63,715 nt of DNA, filler included, from Octopus bimaculoides (GCF_001194135.2; 9 parts of 6 records of this genome joined end to end with filler, not necessarily neighbours in it), one strand, 5' to 3'. Shown: positions 50,827 to 63,715, numbered from the whole stretch's first letter. The notes: generated by a model not told the origin, from the sequence alone. Numbers and translations are program-made.

Positions 50827-51339
50827 AAAAATTCTTTTACAGTGACTGATTTTTTTGCAATGACTAATCTTTAATCTTCGTCAATCGTTACGTCCTCTGG
50901 TTCCGCCTACCACAATCCATTATTCGTTCGCTGAAAATACGAAAAGGCTTCGAAATCGAGATACTGCTAAAAGCTACTATTTTAAACAACACATTAATCA
51001 GAAGCTATCTAATTACCATTAAACTGCATTCGATGATGAGGCTCCAGCTCGCGGGTTCAAGACTTTTGGAGGAGTGTGAAACTGTCCCTTTGTCATCATT
51101 ATTCTCAGATCCACTTTGGTTCGAGTTGATAGGTCTGGACAAATACCCCTCTTATGGGTCAGATAACATTTTTCGGTGGCTAAAGCATATTGGACTTAGA
51201 GAATAGATAGCCATGAGACATAGCCACATCAGACTCACACAGGCCCATTGGCGAGTGGTCATGACTTGATGGAACGTGAGCTGGTATCTCTGTCTAATGA
51301 GTAAAGAGGCCTTGTAATCTGAAGGGCAGGGTCCGGAGA

Positions 51340-51700
51340 TGAGTAGAGTAAACGGTGACACCTTAGGCAAGTGTCTTCTAGTGCTTTGGGCCGACCAAAG
51401 CCTTGTGAGTGGACCTGGGAGATGGAAGCTGAAAGAAACCCGTCGTATAAATATTTCTATGTATGTTTGCGTCTGTGTTTGTACCCCCAACGTCAAGCGA
51501 CGGTGGGGAGACACAGTCGATGAAGAACGATTGAAGTTAATGTGTTTATGTCTCCGTAAATTAGCGGTTCGGCAACAGAGACCGATAGAATAAGTACTAG
51601 GCTCACAAAGAATAAGTCCAGGGGTCGATTTGTTCGATTAAAGGCGGTGCTCCAGCATGGCCGTAGTCAACTGACTGAAACAAGTAAAAGATAAAAAGAA
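51340..51700 (+). mobile_element. tRNA-SINE family C, nearly complete
   Basis: gacaccttaggcaagtgtcttct...gaaagaaacccgtcgtata...ggcggtgctccagcatggccg...gaaacaagtaaaag. Confidence 0.85.
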
Positions 51701-51904
51701 AGAAAGTAGTGTACCTTGGTTCTATGAGCAGGGGGAAAAAAAACGGGACAGTCAGGGCTAGAATGTCTCTGAACATTACAATGCTCAGTCGAGTTGCGCT
51801 GTGGTTAATCATCATCATCATAATTAACAACAACAATAAAAACAACAGCAACAGCAACAACAGCATCTGCTGCAACAACATCAACGGTAATAATCATTGA
51901 TGAG

Positions 51905-52165
51905 CGGTACTTGCAGATTGGAACCTTGTGAAGGCAGAGGATGAGAAAGTCGAAAGTATGAAGACTTAGCATTTCAAGTAGAGAGTATTACTGGAACTTC
52001 AAGAGTGAGAATAATGGCCACTGTAAGTTGTGTACTTGGAACCATCTCAAAAAACCCACAGAGTCTTGGCATGAGAAGTTGGAAATTTCAGATATCGTTG
52101 GAAATAAGCAGTTGGCGACCACGGTCGGAAACGCACATTTGTTGAGGAATGTTTTGTGTCTATAA
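51905..52165 (+). mobile_element. R4/Dong-like endonuclease C-terminus relic
   Basis: DWNLVKAEDEKV.KYEDLAFQVE...VLGTISK...GNAHLLRNVLCL* (stop at 52163-52165). Confidence 0.75.
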
Positions 52166-52639
52166 GTTGCAGAAAGAACCTGAAACATAGCATACGAGAT
52201 AAGCTAGCAAAAAACATCAAAACTGCAGAGAGTCATGATAACGACATTTTTTATTTGCTAAAAGAGCATCGAGCGAGTGGAAGATTACGAGGACAGTTTA
52301 TAATTTCTGCAGAGTTTTGCATAAAAAGATTAAAGTAAGAAACAGAGAAGAGGAGAAGAAGGATATGGAGGAAGAATAAATGCGATAAAAGTATACATTG
52401 TACACAAAATATGTGAACGTACGGATCAGACAGTTCTCTTAATACAGGAGGGTCCCCAGGATCAAATTGGCCATCAAAGACATAAATCCTCATTCCTCAT
52501 ACATCTGTTTTCCTACAGTTTAGAAATGAATGCCTATAGTAGCTCCATTCACCCTAACCATTTTTGTGACAGTTACCCACCTTTTCACTTTCTTGCTAGG
52601 GGAGAGATCTTCAAACTTCATTCTCTCCTTCCATTCAAA

Positions 52640-53260
52640 GGGGATCTTGAAAAATTTGGTGATAGTTTGATCTAAAAGAAAGGTGTCTGCCCTGTATCCT
52701 TTCAGCGTTGTCCACCATACAGCCTCTAGAGACTCGGTAACAGACAGTGAAGTATTGATTGCTCTACCTTCTTAAAGGTGGATAGTGGGGGTAATCCGCA
52801 CGATAGACTCAGCGGATAGCCGAATTCATCCTCTAGCTGCTATTAGTCATAACTCCACAAGTCATCAATGATTGGAAATTGCACGAGACCAACCTGCCCG
52901 TATACACCACTAATCATCACCCGTATACACCACTAGTTCTCAATACGTTGCTAAACTGGAACTCCTATCAACTGCATTGCCCGTGTCTGTGGTCTAATCT
53001 GTCTTTTCTTGATTTAAAACTGCTGCTCCATCATATAGATGAATTGTGAAAAACGTTTCTTTCAAATCTTCTGGTTTGTAAGAAACTACATATGCTCACC
53101 GGTTAGTAAAACCTGCGGATGACGCTGCATCAGCTCGTGTCACAGTCGGTAAGTTGTGACGGAAGCAAATAAGAGAGAATGCACCTGCTCGTCTGAGGGC
53201 ACGACATGAAACGGTTCCGAGAGGTGGCTGTTCGCTTTGATAATATGCAAATGTCATCGT
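52640..53260 (-). mobile_element. Possible highly decayed piggyBac-like transposase N-terminal half
   Basis: Ordered weak motifs: GFTNR.AY, EDLKETFFTIHLYDG, TDTGNAVDRS, WCIR, FPIIDDLW and MVD..RIQGR. Many stops. Confidence 0.35.
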
Positions 53261-53729
53261 GCATTGATGCAATCCAGCCCCTAAAAACGGGTCAGTAACC
53301 GCCTGCTTTTAGAACTGCTGCAAGTTAGCGATTGTTGATACGATTACAGCCCAGGGTCGAGTAAAGTTTTGTGAGCAAATCTTGTAGGAAGGAATCCTAT
53401 GAAAGTTTCATTAACATACCTGTGGATGTGTGTGTATGTACGTGGGTGCCTACCCATCGTTCGACAATTGGGGCTGGTTTATTTACGTACCTGCTTTTAT
53501 TTTAGCGATTCGTCAAAAGCTAACCGATAGATTATATGCAAAAAATATTTGGTCATTTTGTACGATTTGATCGAGTAATACAAGTGAATGCAATGCCACA
53601 GCATGGCAGCAATCGAATTATTGAAAAACGTAAAAGGAATGTAAATTTTTATGCATGCAAGTATGCATATATGCCTGTGGATATGCACTTGTAAGTTTGT
53701 ATGTACGTATGTAAAGAGATATATATATA

Positions 53730-53785
<56 letters not shown>

Positions 53786-53850
53786 AACACACACACACTC
53801 ACACACACACGTGTATACATACATATACGTAAGTGCATACGCTACATACA

Positions 53851-53886
<36 letters not shown>

Positions 53887-53965
53887 TATATACAAACATA
53901 CAAATATACTTAATACATGCTAACGTGAACACATACACATACATATACAAAACACTCAGTTTCTC

Positions 53966-54031
<66 letters not shown>

Positions 54032-54777
54032 CGTCTCTCCCATCTATCATGTTTTCACTATGTATACGAGTATGCGCATGTATGTTTGTGTGGTATATAT
54101 GTGTCTATGTTTGTCGGACAGCGGGTCAAATATCTGATTTTCATATAACATGTTCGTTTGTGTGCTTTCATTATTTTCCTTATATTTTCTTTTTTTTATC
54201 CGTATGATTTATATAACAGCCCCCAGAAACTAAAATACCCCGCTGCATCAACCCTTTTTGTTTTACCCTTTGGCCAAAATTGATACCATCTATTGGGGGT
54301 GTTTGTTGGCAAACTTCATTGAAAGAGAAAGAAAAGAAAGGCGCATGAAAAATGGCCGCCCTCTCGCGAGATTAGTGACTTTTGTGACAGGTCGGACACA
54401 TTTATCGTAACGGTTACGTACACCTGTGTGAGTATGAATGTATGCGTGTGTATATGCGTGTGTATATACGAGTGTATATATACATATGTATGTGTGTATG
54501 AATGTATTCGAGTATGTATATATGTACGAATGTTTATTTGTATGTGTGTACATACAGACGAGAGTAGGTGTGGTGAATGATTGCACGTATGCATGTATGA
54601 ACATATATATGAATGTATGTACGAAAGTTTGTGTGTATATACGAATGGATGGACGTATATGTATACATGTAAGTTTGACTATGTATGTGTATCTGTGGAT
54701 ATGGATATATATATATTTGCAGTGACTGTAGGTACATGTGTGTGGTTGTATACATACATACATACATCCATACATAG

Positions 54778-54864
<87 letters not shown>

Positions 54865-55664
54865 CCACCTGCCTTCGTCTTTTGTTTTTTTGTGAATTCT
54901 CCCTATATATATATGTGTATATATACACATGTATATATATATATATATAAAGAGAGAGAGAGAGAGATAGATAGATATACATATACATGCATGTATGTAC
55001 GTATGTATGTATGTGTATATACAAAGGTGCCTGCCTATGTTTGTTAATATGACTATTATATTGATTATGAATGTAGATATATATGAGTGTGTGTGTGTGT
55101 ATATATATGTGTGTGTATGTGTGTGTACTTACATATCTTTGTGTCTGTTCCTTAGGACGTTCCTTTGTGTTTTTGACTGCATGCACGCGGTAGTGTATGT
55201 GTGGTCATAGCGCATGATTTGCAGCCAGGAGAAAACGTGTTCGATCCACTACGTGGAATATTGGGCCATGTGATTTCTAGCATATCCCTCGAGGTATACA
55301 ATATATTATAAGTAGCCCATGTATGTATGTATATATAAGATNNNNNNNNNNNNNNNNNNNNNNNNNNNNNNNNNNNNNNNNNNNNTTAATTAATTAANNN
55401 NNNNNNNNNNNNNNNNNNNNNNNNNNNNNNNNNNNNNNNNNTATATATATAAATACACATGCACGCATACATATATATATGCATAAATATATATATATTT
55501 GTACACACACACACACACAGCATTATATATATATGCATATACAGACGTACATATATCGAAAGCGACAAGACAGGAAAAAGTGACACATATGCACATACAA
55601 TTGCATACAGTACAGACATACTTAAATAAATACACGCATATATAAGTATATATCTGTATTCTTA

Positions 55665-55710
<46 letters not shown>

Positions 55711-55738
55711 NNNNNNNNNNNNNNNNNNNNNNNNNNNN

Positions 55739-55803
<65 letters not shown>

Positions 55804-56345
55804 GTATATATGCATACATACATGCATTCATAGGTACATACACACACACACATATATCGTTCCTGTTATGTTAAACTGTAGTATGTCCAAATTTGGTCAA
55901 ATACTATTTTTTTTTTCAATATTTATTTTTGCTTGTAATAGCCGTTTCCTTTGGTCAAACTATCGTATCTCCAGCTGCATCAGATGCCAAGATATCAAAA
56001 ATTCTCAAAGTGTTATACAACAGTCTTGCATGGAACCGAATAAAACTGTTTTAAATAATACATGTTATTCCTACTAAATGTGTTTCGAATGGCCATTTCT
56101 TTCGTTTGTCCACTCACTCGTATATATATATATATATATATATAATACAAAAAATATATATGCATGTATACACACATATATGTATATACTTTCATCTACA
56201 TGTGTATATAGATGCATATCAGGGTACAGGACGTTAGAACAATGAACTACAGACAACGGAACGAACACATAGGAAAACAGAAAGCCACTTGGAATTATTC
56301 ATCAGCTGCCTCTATTCTAACTCGACGTTTCGATATATATATATA

Positions 56346-56381
<36 letters not shown>

Positions 56382-57603
56382 TATATGTATATATATACAT
56401 ATATACATATATACATATATATATATNNNNNNNNNNNNNNNNNNNNNNNNNNNNNNNNNNNNNNNNNNNNNNNNNNNNNNNNNNNNNNNNNNNNNNNNNN
56501 NNNNNNNNNNNNNNNNNNNNNNNNNNNNNNNNNNNNNNNNNNNNNNNNNNNNNNNNNNNNNNNNNNNNNNNNNNNNNNNNNNNNNNNNNNNNNNNNNNNN
56601 NNNNNNNNNNNNNNNNNNNNNNNNNNNNNNNNNNNNNNNNNNNNNNNNNNNNNNNNNNNNNNNNNNNNNNNNNNNNNNNNNNNNNNNNNNNNNNNNNNNN
56701 NNNNNNNNNNNNNNNNNNNNNNNNNNNNNNNNNNNNNNNNNNNNNNNNNNNNNNNNNNNNNNNNNNNNNNNNNNNNNNNNNNNNNNNNNNNNNNNNNNNN
56801 NNNNNNNNNNNNNNNNNNNNNNNNNNNNNNNNNNNNNNNNNNNNNNNNNNNNNNNNNNNNNNNNNNNNNNNNNNNNNNNNNNNNNNNNNNNNNNNNNNNN
56901 NNNNNNNNNNNNNNNNNNNNNNNNNNNNNNNATATATATATATATATATAACTCGATGCTTCAGTGGGCTGTGATATCTAATAACGTGACTTAAAAGAAC
57001 CAGCCATGGCTTTGTTTTACTTAAAAGAATTATTAAGTTAGGCGTGCACTGGTCCGATGAGGCCAAAACGTAGGTAAATTACCAAATTCATATATCCACA
57101 TTCGCATATATGCACGTACACGTGTGTAGTGTATGTACATATAAATATGTCTATACGTGTGTCTATGAGAGAGAAGGCAGAGGAAGGAAGAGACAAGCAA
57201 CACAAGATGAATAATATATATATTTTAATGCTGTCTCTCATATATATATATATGTGTATATAAATATACGCGCGCGCACACACACGTGAATGTCCCCATA
57301 TGCCATTGCCACCACACACATTGCCTTACTAATACGTTGTTACAGCTTTCTTCCTCAGACTTCTACCCTCCTTGTTTGGATTTACTCTCTATCGTTTGTT
57401 TTGCCTTCTCTTTCTCCCCTTGACATTTTTCAATTTCATTTCCATATCATTAGACGACTCCTACAACTAACGCTTCGAGTGCACGCGGATGTCTGCATCT
57501 ATGCCTATGTATGTGTATGACTGTGTATATAAGGGCATACATGAGTATGATTATATGTACATGTGTGTGTGTGTGTGTATGAATGCATGTGCTTGTCATT
57601 CCA

Positions 57604-57643
<40 letters not shown>

Positions 57644-57845
57644 NNNNNNNNNNNNNNNNNNNNNNNNNNNNNNNNNNNNNNNNNNNNTTAATTAATTAAN
57701 NNNNNNNNNNNNNNNNNNNNNNNNNNNNNNNNNNNNNNNNNNNATATATATATGTATAATATATATATATATATATATAATACATACGTGTATGTTATAT
57801 ATACATATGTATGTATGTATGCATGTACGTACGTATGTATATGTG

Positions 57846-57938
<93 letters not shown>

Positions 57939-58481
57939 TTCTGTTTCTCTCTCTTTTGCCTCCGTCGTCGCCATCTTCCTTCTTTGCCGTCCCTACTATT
58001 GCTATCCCCAGCACCATCTCCTCCACCAACGCCGATGACACTAAGGGTTGGTTTACACTATGTCTATGACTGCACCCTAATGTCGATACCTCTGATACCA
58101 CTAACAGCGTGTACTATACCATCAGCCTCAACGGTAACAGCAGCTGTACTAGAAGAACACCACCACCAACTACAACACCAACCATACAACAGCAGCAATA
58201 TCACAATCAGTGCCAGATTTAGGACAAATGTAACCCTTTGCTAGTTAAGTTATGAGGCCCCCTTACTTGGACAGTCAGGCATTCGTCGTAAAAATTTGAG
58301 GGGGTTAGATGGGTCCCCACTGGTCAACGGGGCCCTGTGCTTAAGTACACCTAAGCACAATGGCACATCGTCTACTGACAATAATACAAATACAACCGCC
58401 AGCAGCATAAACAACATTATCCCAACAACAGCAGTACAACACTACAAGACCAACAACAATAAGGGCAGTGACACTGCAATA

Positions 58482-58868
58482 GTTGTTGTTGGCACTCCGT
58501 CGCTTACGACGTCGAGGGTTCCAGTTGATCCGATCAACGGAACAGCCTGCTCGTGAAATTAACATGCAAGTGGCTGAGCACTCCACAGACACGTGTACTC
58601 TTAACGTAGTTCTCGGGGATATTCAGCGTGACACAGTGTCACAAGGCTGACCCTTTGAATTACAGGCACAACAGAAACAGGAAGTAAGAGTGAGAGAAAG
58701 TTGTGGTGAAAGAGTACAGCAGGGTTCGCCACCATCCCCTGTCGGAGCCTTGTGGAGCTTTAGGTGTTTTCGCTCAATAAACACTCACAACGCCCGGTCT
58801 TGGAATCGAAACCGCGATCCTATGACCACGAGTCCGCTGCCCTAACCACTGGGTCATTGCGCTTCCAC
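58482..58868 (-). mobile_element. Full-length tRNA-SINE family A
   Basis: Reverse complement of 46103-46456 without its internal deletion. Confidence 0.92.
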
Positions 58869-59197
58869 GTTTATCACCATTATCCAATGATGTACAGGTG
58901 TCGCTTTATGGTGATCTTAGTGCTCAGTCCATCGACTGAAATGACTGGCGATGGAGAAGTGACGATTTGTGCAGACCTGAGCAGTTGGAAGCGCACAGTA
59001 AGTTTGCAGCTTTCCTCTGTCAACTATGCCCCCAAAGTATGCAGATCTGCATTGAGATTGAATAATCATCTGAGAAGTCATGAATGGAAAGTCGGTCATG
59101 CTACTGACAACGAGGTGGCAGAAAGAGACAGCAATCATCCGCGAAGACGGAGCAATCGCCATATATGAATGTACGCATGCATAAAAATATGTATGTT

Positions 59198-59238
<41 letters not shown>

Positions 59239-59519
59239 ATGGATGTATATATATGTATATATATATATGGATGGATGTATATATATATATATATATATGG
59301 ATGGGTGTATATATATGTATATATATATATGGATGGATGTATATATGTGTGTGTGTGTGTGTTGTGTATGTGTGTGTGTGGCTGCATGTGCGAATGTATT
59401 CACACATAAGGATATTTTGACATACACACACATACTCGCACACGCATGCGCACATGCATGCAATTCCACCAAGCACATTAAGCACAATTACCAACACCTT
59501 CATACCCTAACACCACACT

Positions 59520-59586
59520 ACAGCCGTTACTACTACTACAACCACCACCACCACCACCACCACTACCACCACCACCACCACTACCA

Positions 59587-59650
<64 letters not shown>

Positions 59651-60050
59651 CAACACTTTAGCAGGCATTCCTCATTACAAACGAACACCATCCAATGGAC
59701 ATTAATATGTCTATGCCTTCAACTAACAACCCACCGCAACCACTACTACCATTACCACCCATACCACTGCAATCACCACCACCATCACCACGACTACCAC
59801 TACTAACACCACCGCTGCCACCACCACCACTGCTACAACCACCACCACTGCTACAACCACCAACACCACAACCAACTCCATCACCACCGCCACCAGCATT
59901 ATCAACACCACCACCACAAACGCTACCAACACCACTACCACCACCGCCTCCACAACCACCACCACCACTACTACTACTACGACTACTACTACTACTGCTA
60001 CCACCACCACAACCACAACCACTACCATCACCACTATCATACCACTAGTA
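59520..60050. repeat. Compound (CAC/TAC)n tract
   Basis: Low complexity; source of the poly-Pro/Val ORFs. Confidence 0.95.
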
Positions 60051-60223
60051 TTGTTAGAGATGGTGGGGCCGGTACCAGCGCTCTGCCCAACACTACAAAG
60101 CGTGATGTCAACTTACATCACGACCAATACCACCAGCTACACTCACTTAAACACACACATACGCAAACACACATACTCACACACACACTCACACACACAT
60201 AGGTAAATTTTACAAAATATTTT

Positions 60224-60395
60224 ATAATTATATACATAATTATAACAAGGAATCGGCTTTACGTCTCACCACGCACTACAAGAGATAGACACTAAAGCCC
60301 GGTGATAAGTAGTAATAGGGGCTTCAGCGTCTATTTCTTGTAGTGTGTGGTAAGGCTTAAAGCCGATCCCTTGTTATAATTATGTATATAATTAT
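60224..60395. repeat. Long imperfect palindrome (~78-bp arms, ~17-nt loop)
   Basis: 60224-60300 pairs with 60318-60395 with about five mismatches and three G-T pairs; the right arm runs into the gap. Confidence 0.9.
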
Positions 60396-60636
60396 NNNNN
60401 NNNNNNNNNNNNNNNNNNNNNNNNNNNNNNNNNNNNNNNNNNNNNNNNNNNNNNNNNNNNNNNNNNNNNNNNNNNNNNNNNNNNNNNNNNNNNNNNNNNN
60501 NNNNNNNNNNNNNNNNNNNNNNNNNNNNNNNNNNNNNNNNNNNNNNNNNNNNNNNNNNNNNNNNNNNNNNNNNNNNNNNNNNNNNNNNNNNNNNNNNNNN
60601 NNNNNNNNNNNNNNNNNNNNNNNNNNNNNNNNNNNN

Positions 60637-60678
<42 letters not shown>

Positions 60679-60769
60679 GGTGGGGGCGTGTCTGTGTGCA
60701 TAAATGATAGTATCAAATAGTAATAATGTGTGCTCGACACAGAATTTGGTGGATATTTTTACTTTTTAT

Positions 60770-61190
60770 CTTTTATTTGTTTCAGTCATTAAACTGCGGC
60801 CATGCTGGAGTACCACATTGAGGAATTTTAGTTTTGCGAATCGATCCCCGTACTCATTTTTATTTTGAAAGCCTGGTTGGTTTTTTTCGCTGAACCTCTA
60901 AATATCGAGTACGTGAACACACCAACACCGGTCGTCAAACAGTGGTTGGGAACAAATACAAGTACACAAACACAAATACATACACACACAAACACACACA
61001 AATACACACACACACACGCACATATATCTATATGTATATACACACTCACACATGACGGGCTTTTTTCAGTTTCCGTCTCCCTATTCCATTCACAAAACTT
61101 TAGTCGGCCTGAAGTTATAGTAGAAAGCACTCACCCAAGGTCCCACCTAGTGGGATTGAACTCGGAATTATGTAGCTGGAAAAAAATTTG
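60770..61190 (-). mobile_element. tRNA-SINE family C with internal (CA)n
   Basis: Tail at 60770-60960, head at 61066-61190. Confidence 0.75.
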
Positions 61191-61224
61191 TTTCCACACA
61201 TTTATAGATCAATAATAATCTTTT

Positions 61225-61436
61225 CTACTCTCGGCACAAGGCTAGAAATTTGGTGTGGGGGGAAAGGGCCAGTCAATTAGATCGACCCAGTAAGCAACTG
61301 GTACTTAATTTATTGACCCCGAAAGATGAAAGGCAAAGTCGACCTCGGCGGAATTTGAACTCAGAACGTGTAGACAGGCGAAATACCGCTGAGCATTTCG
61401 CCCGGCGTGCTAACGTTTCTGCCAGCTCTCCGCCTC
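61225..61436 (-). mobile_element. tRNA-SINE family B
   Basis: Complete core and head. Confidence 0.85.
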
Positions 61437-62070
61437 ATAGATCAACAATAATATCAACGGATTCACGTGGCAAAAATTTCATAATCCTTCAAGCGTTCTG
61501 GATAAGAACGCTGGTAATCGCCTCCATTTTGGAAGAGAAAGCTACTCGAAACCATTGGTGGCATAGTAGCTAGGTTAGTCCCTAAATATATTATGCTCAA
61601 ATTATATGTGTGTGGGTATGTGTTTATGTGTGACTGTGTTTATGTGTTTATACAGATACAAGTATAACGTCGAGCAGTATATGATTGGTGATGGCATATA
61701 AGTAGTCATAATGTTACCGTCGGTTTCGTGCTGACCATTGCATTTAGCAATATTCATGGCTCTTCAGGTATGGTGTTTTATATATATAAATATTTACGAC
61801 GGGGTTCTTTCTGTTCCCATCAAACAAATCCCCTCACAAGACCTTGGTCGGGCCGAGGCTATTGTAGATGACACTTGCTCAAGGTTTCACGTAGTAAGAC
61901 TGCACCCGGAACCATGGCATTGGTAAGAAAGCCACATACCACACAGCCACTCCTGCGTCACATATATATANNNNNNNNNNNNNNNNNNNNNNNNNNNNNN
62001 NNNNNNNNNNNNNNTTAATTAATTAANNNNNNNNNNNNNNNNNNNNNNNNNNNNNNNNNNNNNNNNNNNN

Positions 62071-62107
<37 letters not shown>

Positions 62108-62134
62108 CACATATATATTTCTTTCTTTTTCTTT

Positions 62135-62315
62135 TCTTTTATTTGTTTCAGTCATTTGACTGTGGTCATGCTGGAGCACCGCCTTTAACGAGCAAATCGA
62201 CCCCGGAACTTATTCTTTCTAAGCCTAGTACTCATTACGTCGTTATCTTTTGCCGAACCCCTAAGTTACAAGAACGTAAACACACCAGCATCGGTTGTCG
62301 AGCGACGTTGGGGGA

Positions 62316-62353
<38 letters not shown>

Positions 62354-62618
62354 NNNNNNNNNNNNNNNNNNNNNNNNNNNNNNNNNNNNNNNNNNNNNNN
62401 NNNNNNNNNNNNNNNNNNNNNNNNNNNNNATATATATGTATATATATATATATATGCGACGGGCTTCTTTCAGTTTCCCTCTACCAAATCCACCCACAAG
62501 GCTTTGGTAGACCCGAGGCTATAGTAGAAGACACTCACCCAAGGTGCCACGCAGAGGGACTGAACCCAGAACCATGTGGTTTGTAGCAAGCTACTTACCA
62601 CACAGCCACTCCTGCGCC
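62135..62618 (-). mobile_element. Full-length tRNA-SINE family C with internal microsatellite
   Basis: Head ggcgcaggagtggctgtgtggtaag...gggttcagtccc, an (AT)n/(GT)n middle, and the conserved tail. This copy links the head and tail fragments seen elsewhere. Confidence 0.88.
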
Positions 62619-63021
62619 TGTGTGCGTAAATAAAAAAAAAATTCGTGTATTAAATACACAAACGAAACATACAGACAGAATGGCAAGTTAAAAAATCATA
62701 TAGTAAATGCTTAGACGAACGAAAACCAGACACAGGGGATCCCCATTTACTAATCAGGTATCACGCCTTTAATGATAATATTACTTCCGTCTGGTGGCAC
62801 CAGCTGGATGTGCCGGGGAATATGGGATACAGAACAGACAAACAATACATGGATAACAAGCGATACAGAAGTGGGCATCCAGAGGAATATAAAATAGATG
62901 ATAATAGATAACAAAAAGAGTACACAAATAGATGCAAGCCTTCAAGAACGATACATGAAAGTATAGATATATAGATAAAGACACTGAAAGACAGAGAAAA
63001 AAAGTTAACTAGCAAGTTAGG

Positions 63022-63110
<89 letters not shown>

Positions 63111-63116
63111 TCAGGT

Positions 63117-63485
63117 GAATACGGTGCTTAAGTTTGGGCACCAGAATTAAGTATGGTATTATCAATACAGTTTCAAAATAAGGTGATTAAAGTCAAAATA
63201 AGCAACAAGGATATCCAAAGTTAATGCAGTACAATCGTTTCATGCGACTCCATTTAATTAAGCAATGTGAACATTACATCAAATATAAAATGTAGAGCAA
63301 TCTTCAGCTGCACAAAGATATAGAAATTTAATGAAATTACATTTAAACTGAACGACATGAATATGGTACTTAAGTTTAGGCACCAGAATTTAGTATGGTA
63401 TTATCCTTACAGTTTCAAAATAAGGTGATTAAAGTCAAAATAAGCAACAAGGACATCCAAAGTTAATGCAATACGATCGTCCATG
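63117..63485 (+). repeat. Direct repeat of ~127 bp with 242-bp period
   Basis: 63117-63244 vs 63359-63485, mostly identical. Confidence 0.9.
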
Positions 63486-63715
63486 TTTAGTGTCTATACT
63501 GTTTACCCCATGCCCTAAAAAGAAAATGCCAGTGTCCTCTTAAGCTTTGAATCACTAGGTCTGGTAAGAAAGTCCATAAATCAGAACCAAAAAGACAAAT
63601 AAGATCAGTGACTGTGAAAAATATGGTTCGAATTATTTACTAGCCTGTATGGTCTGGCTAAGTCGAAATGGTTTTTTGTATTCCTCCCTTCTACTTGGAG
63701 AGTTTAGATTTAATT

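Noticed and set aside
53030-53155. Exon ending at TCG|GTAAGT
   Set aside because: All three frames from the nearest acceptor contain stops.
54290-55186. Longest ORF in the track (298 aa)
   Set aside because: Almost entirely CA/TA microsatellite-derived HT/YI repeats with no domain.
58208-58377. Possible hAT/Harbinger MITE
   Set aside because: The terminal match is weak and there is no clean TSD.
59165-60048. Poly-Tyr/His/Pro/Val ORFs
   Set aside because: Microsatellite translations.

Overview
Eukaryotic, AT-rich, gap-ridden draft-assembly window dominated by microsatellites (CA/GT, AT, GATA, TAA, GAT/CAC) and decayed mobile elements. The tRNA-derived SINE families and microsatellite density look like an octopus genome (inference from recognised repeats, not a database result). 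No host protein-coding gene can be supported. Nearly all track ORFs are microsatellite, N-run or transposon artefacts, so the window is probably intergenic or inside a very long intron. Recognisable content: at least 4 SINE families, mariner, rosa (DD41D), Chapaev-like and piggyBac-like transposase relics, several MITEs with clean TIRs/TSDs, RTE, CR1 and R4/Dong-like LINE fragments (two of them in TAA repeats), a Gypsy-type LTR with a tRNA-Ser primer-binding site, and a solo LTR. The most interesting signal is a dispersed set of minimal type I hammerhead-ribozyme motifs from several unrelated short elements, mostly in (AT)n tracts. One has an intact catalytic core and an unusual ~105-nt structured stem II (33402-33535, minus strand). 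Another closes a Penelope-like GIY-YIG remnant with inverted ribozyme-bearing termini (290-897). All structures were read by eye; none was computed or searched.
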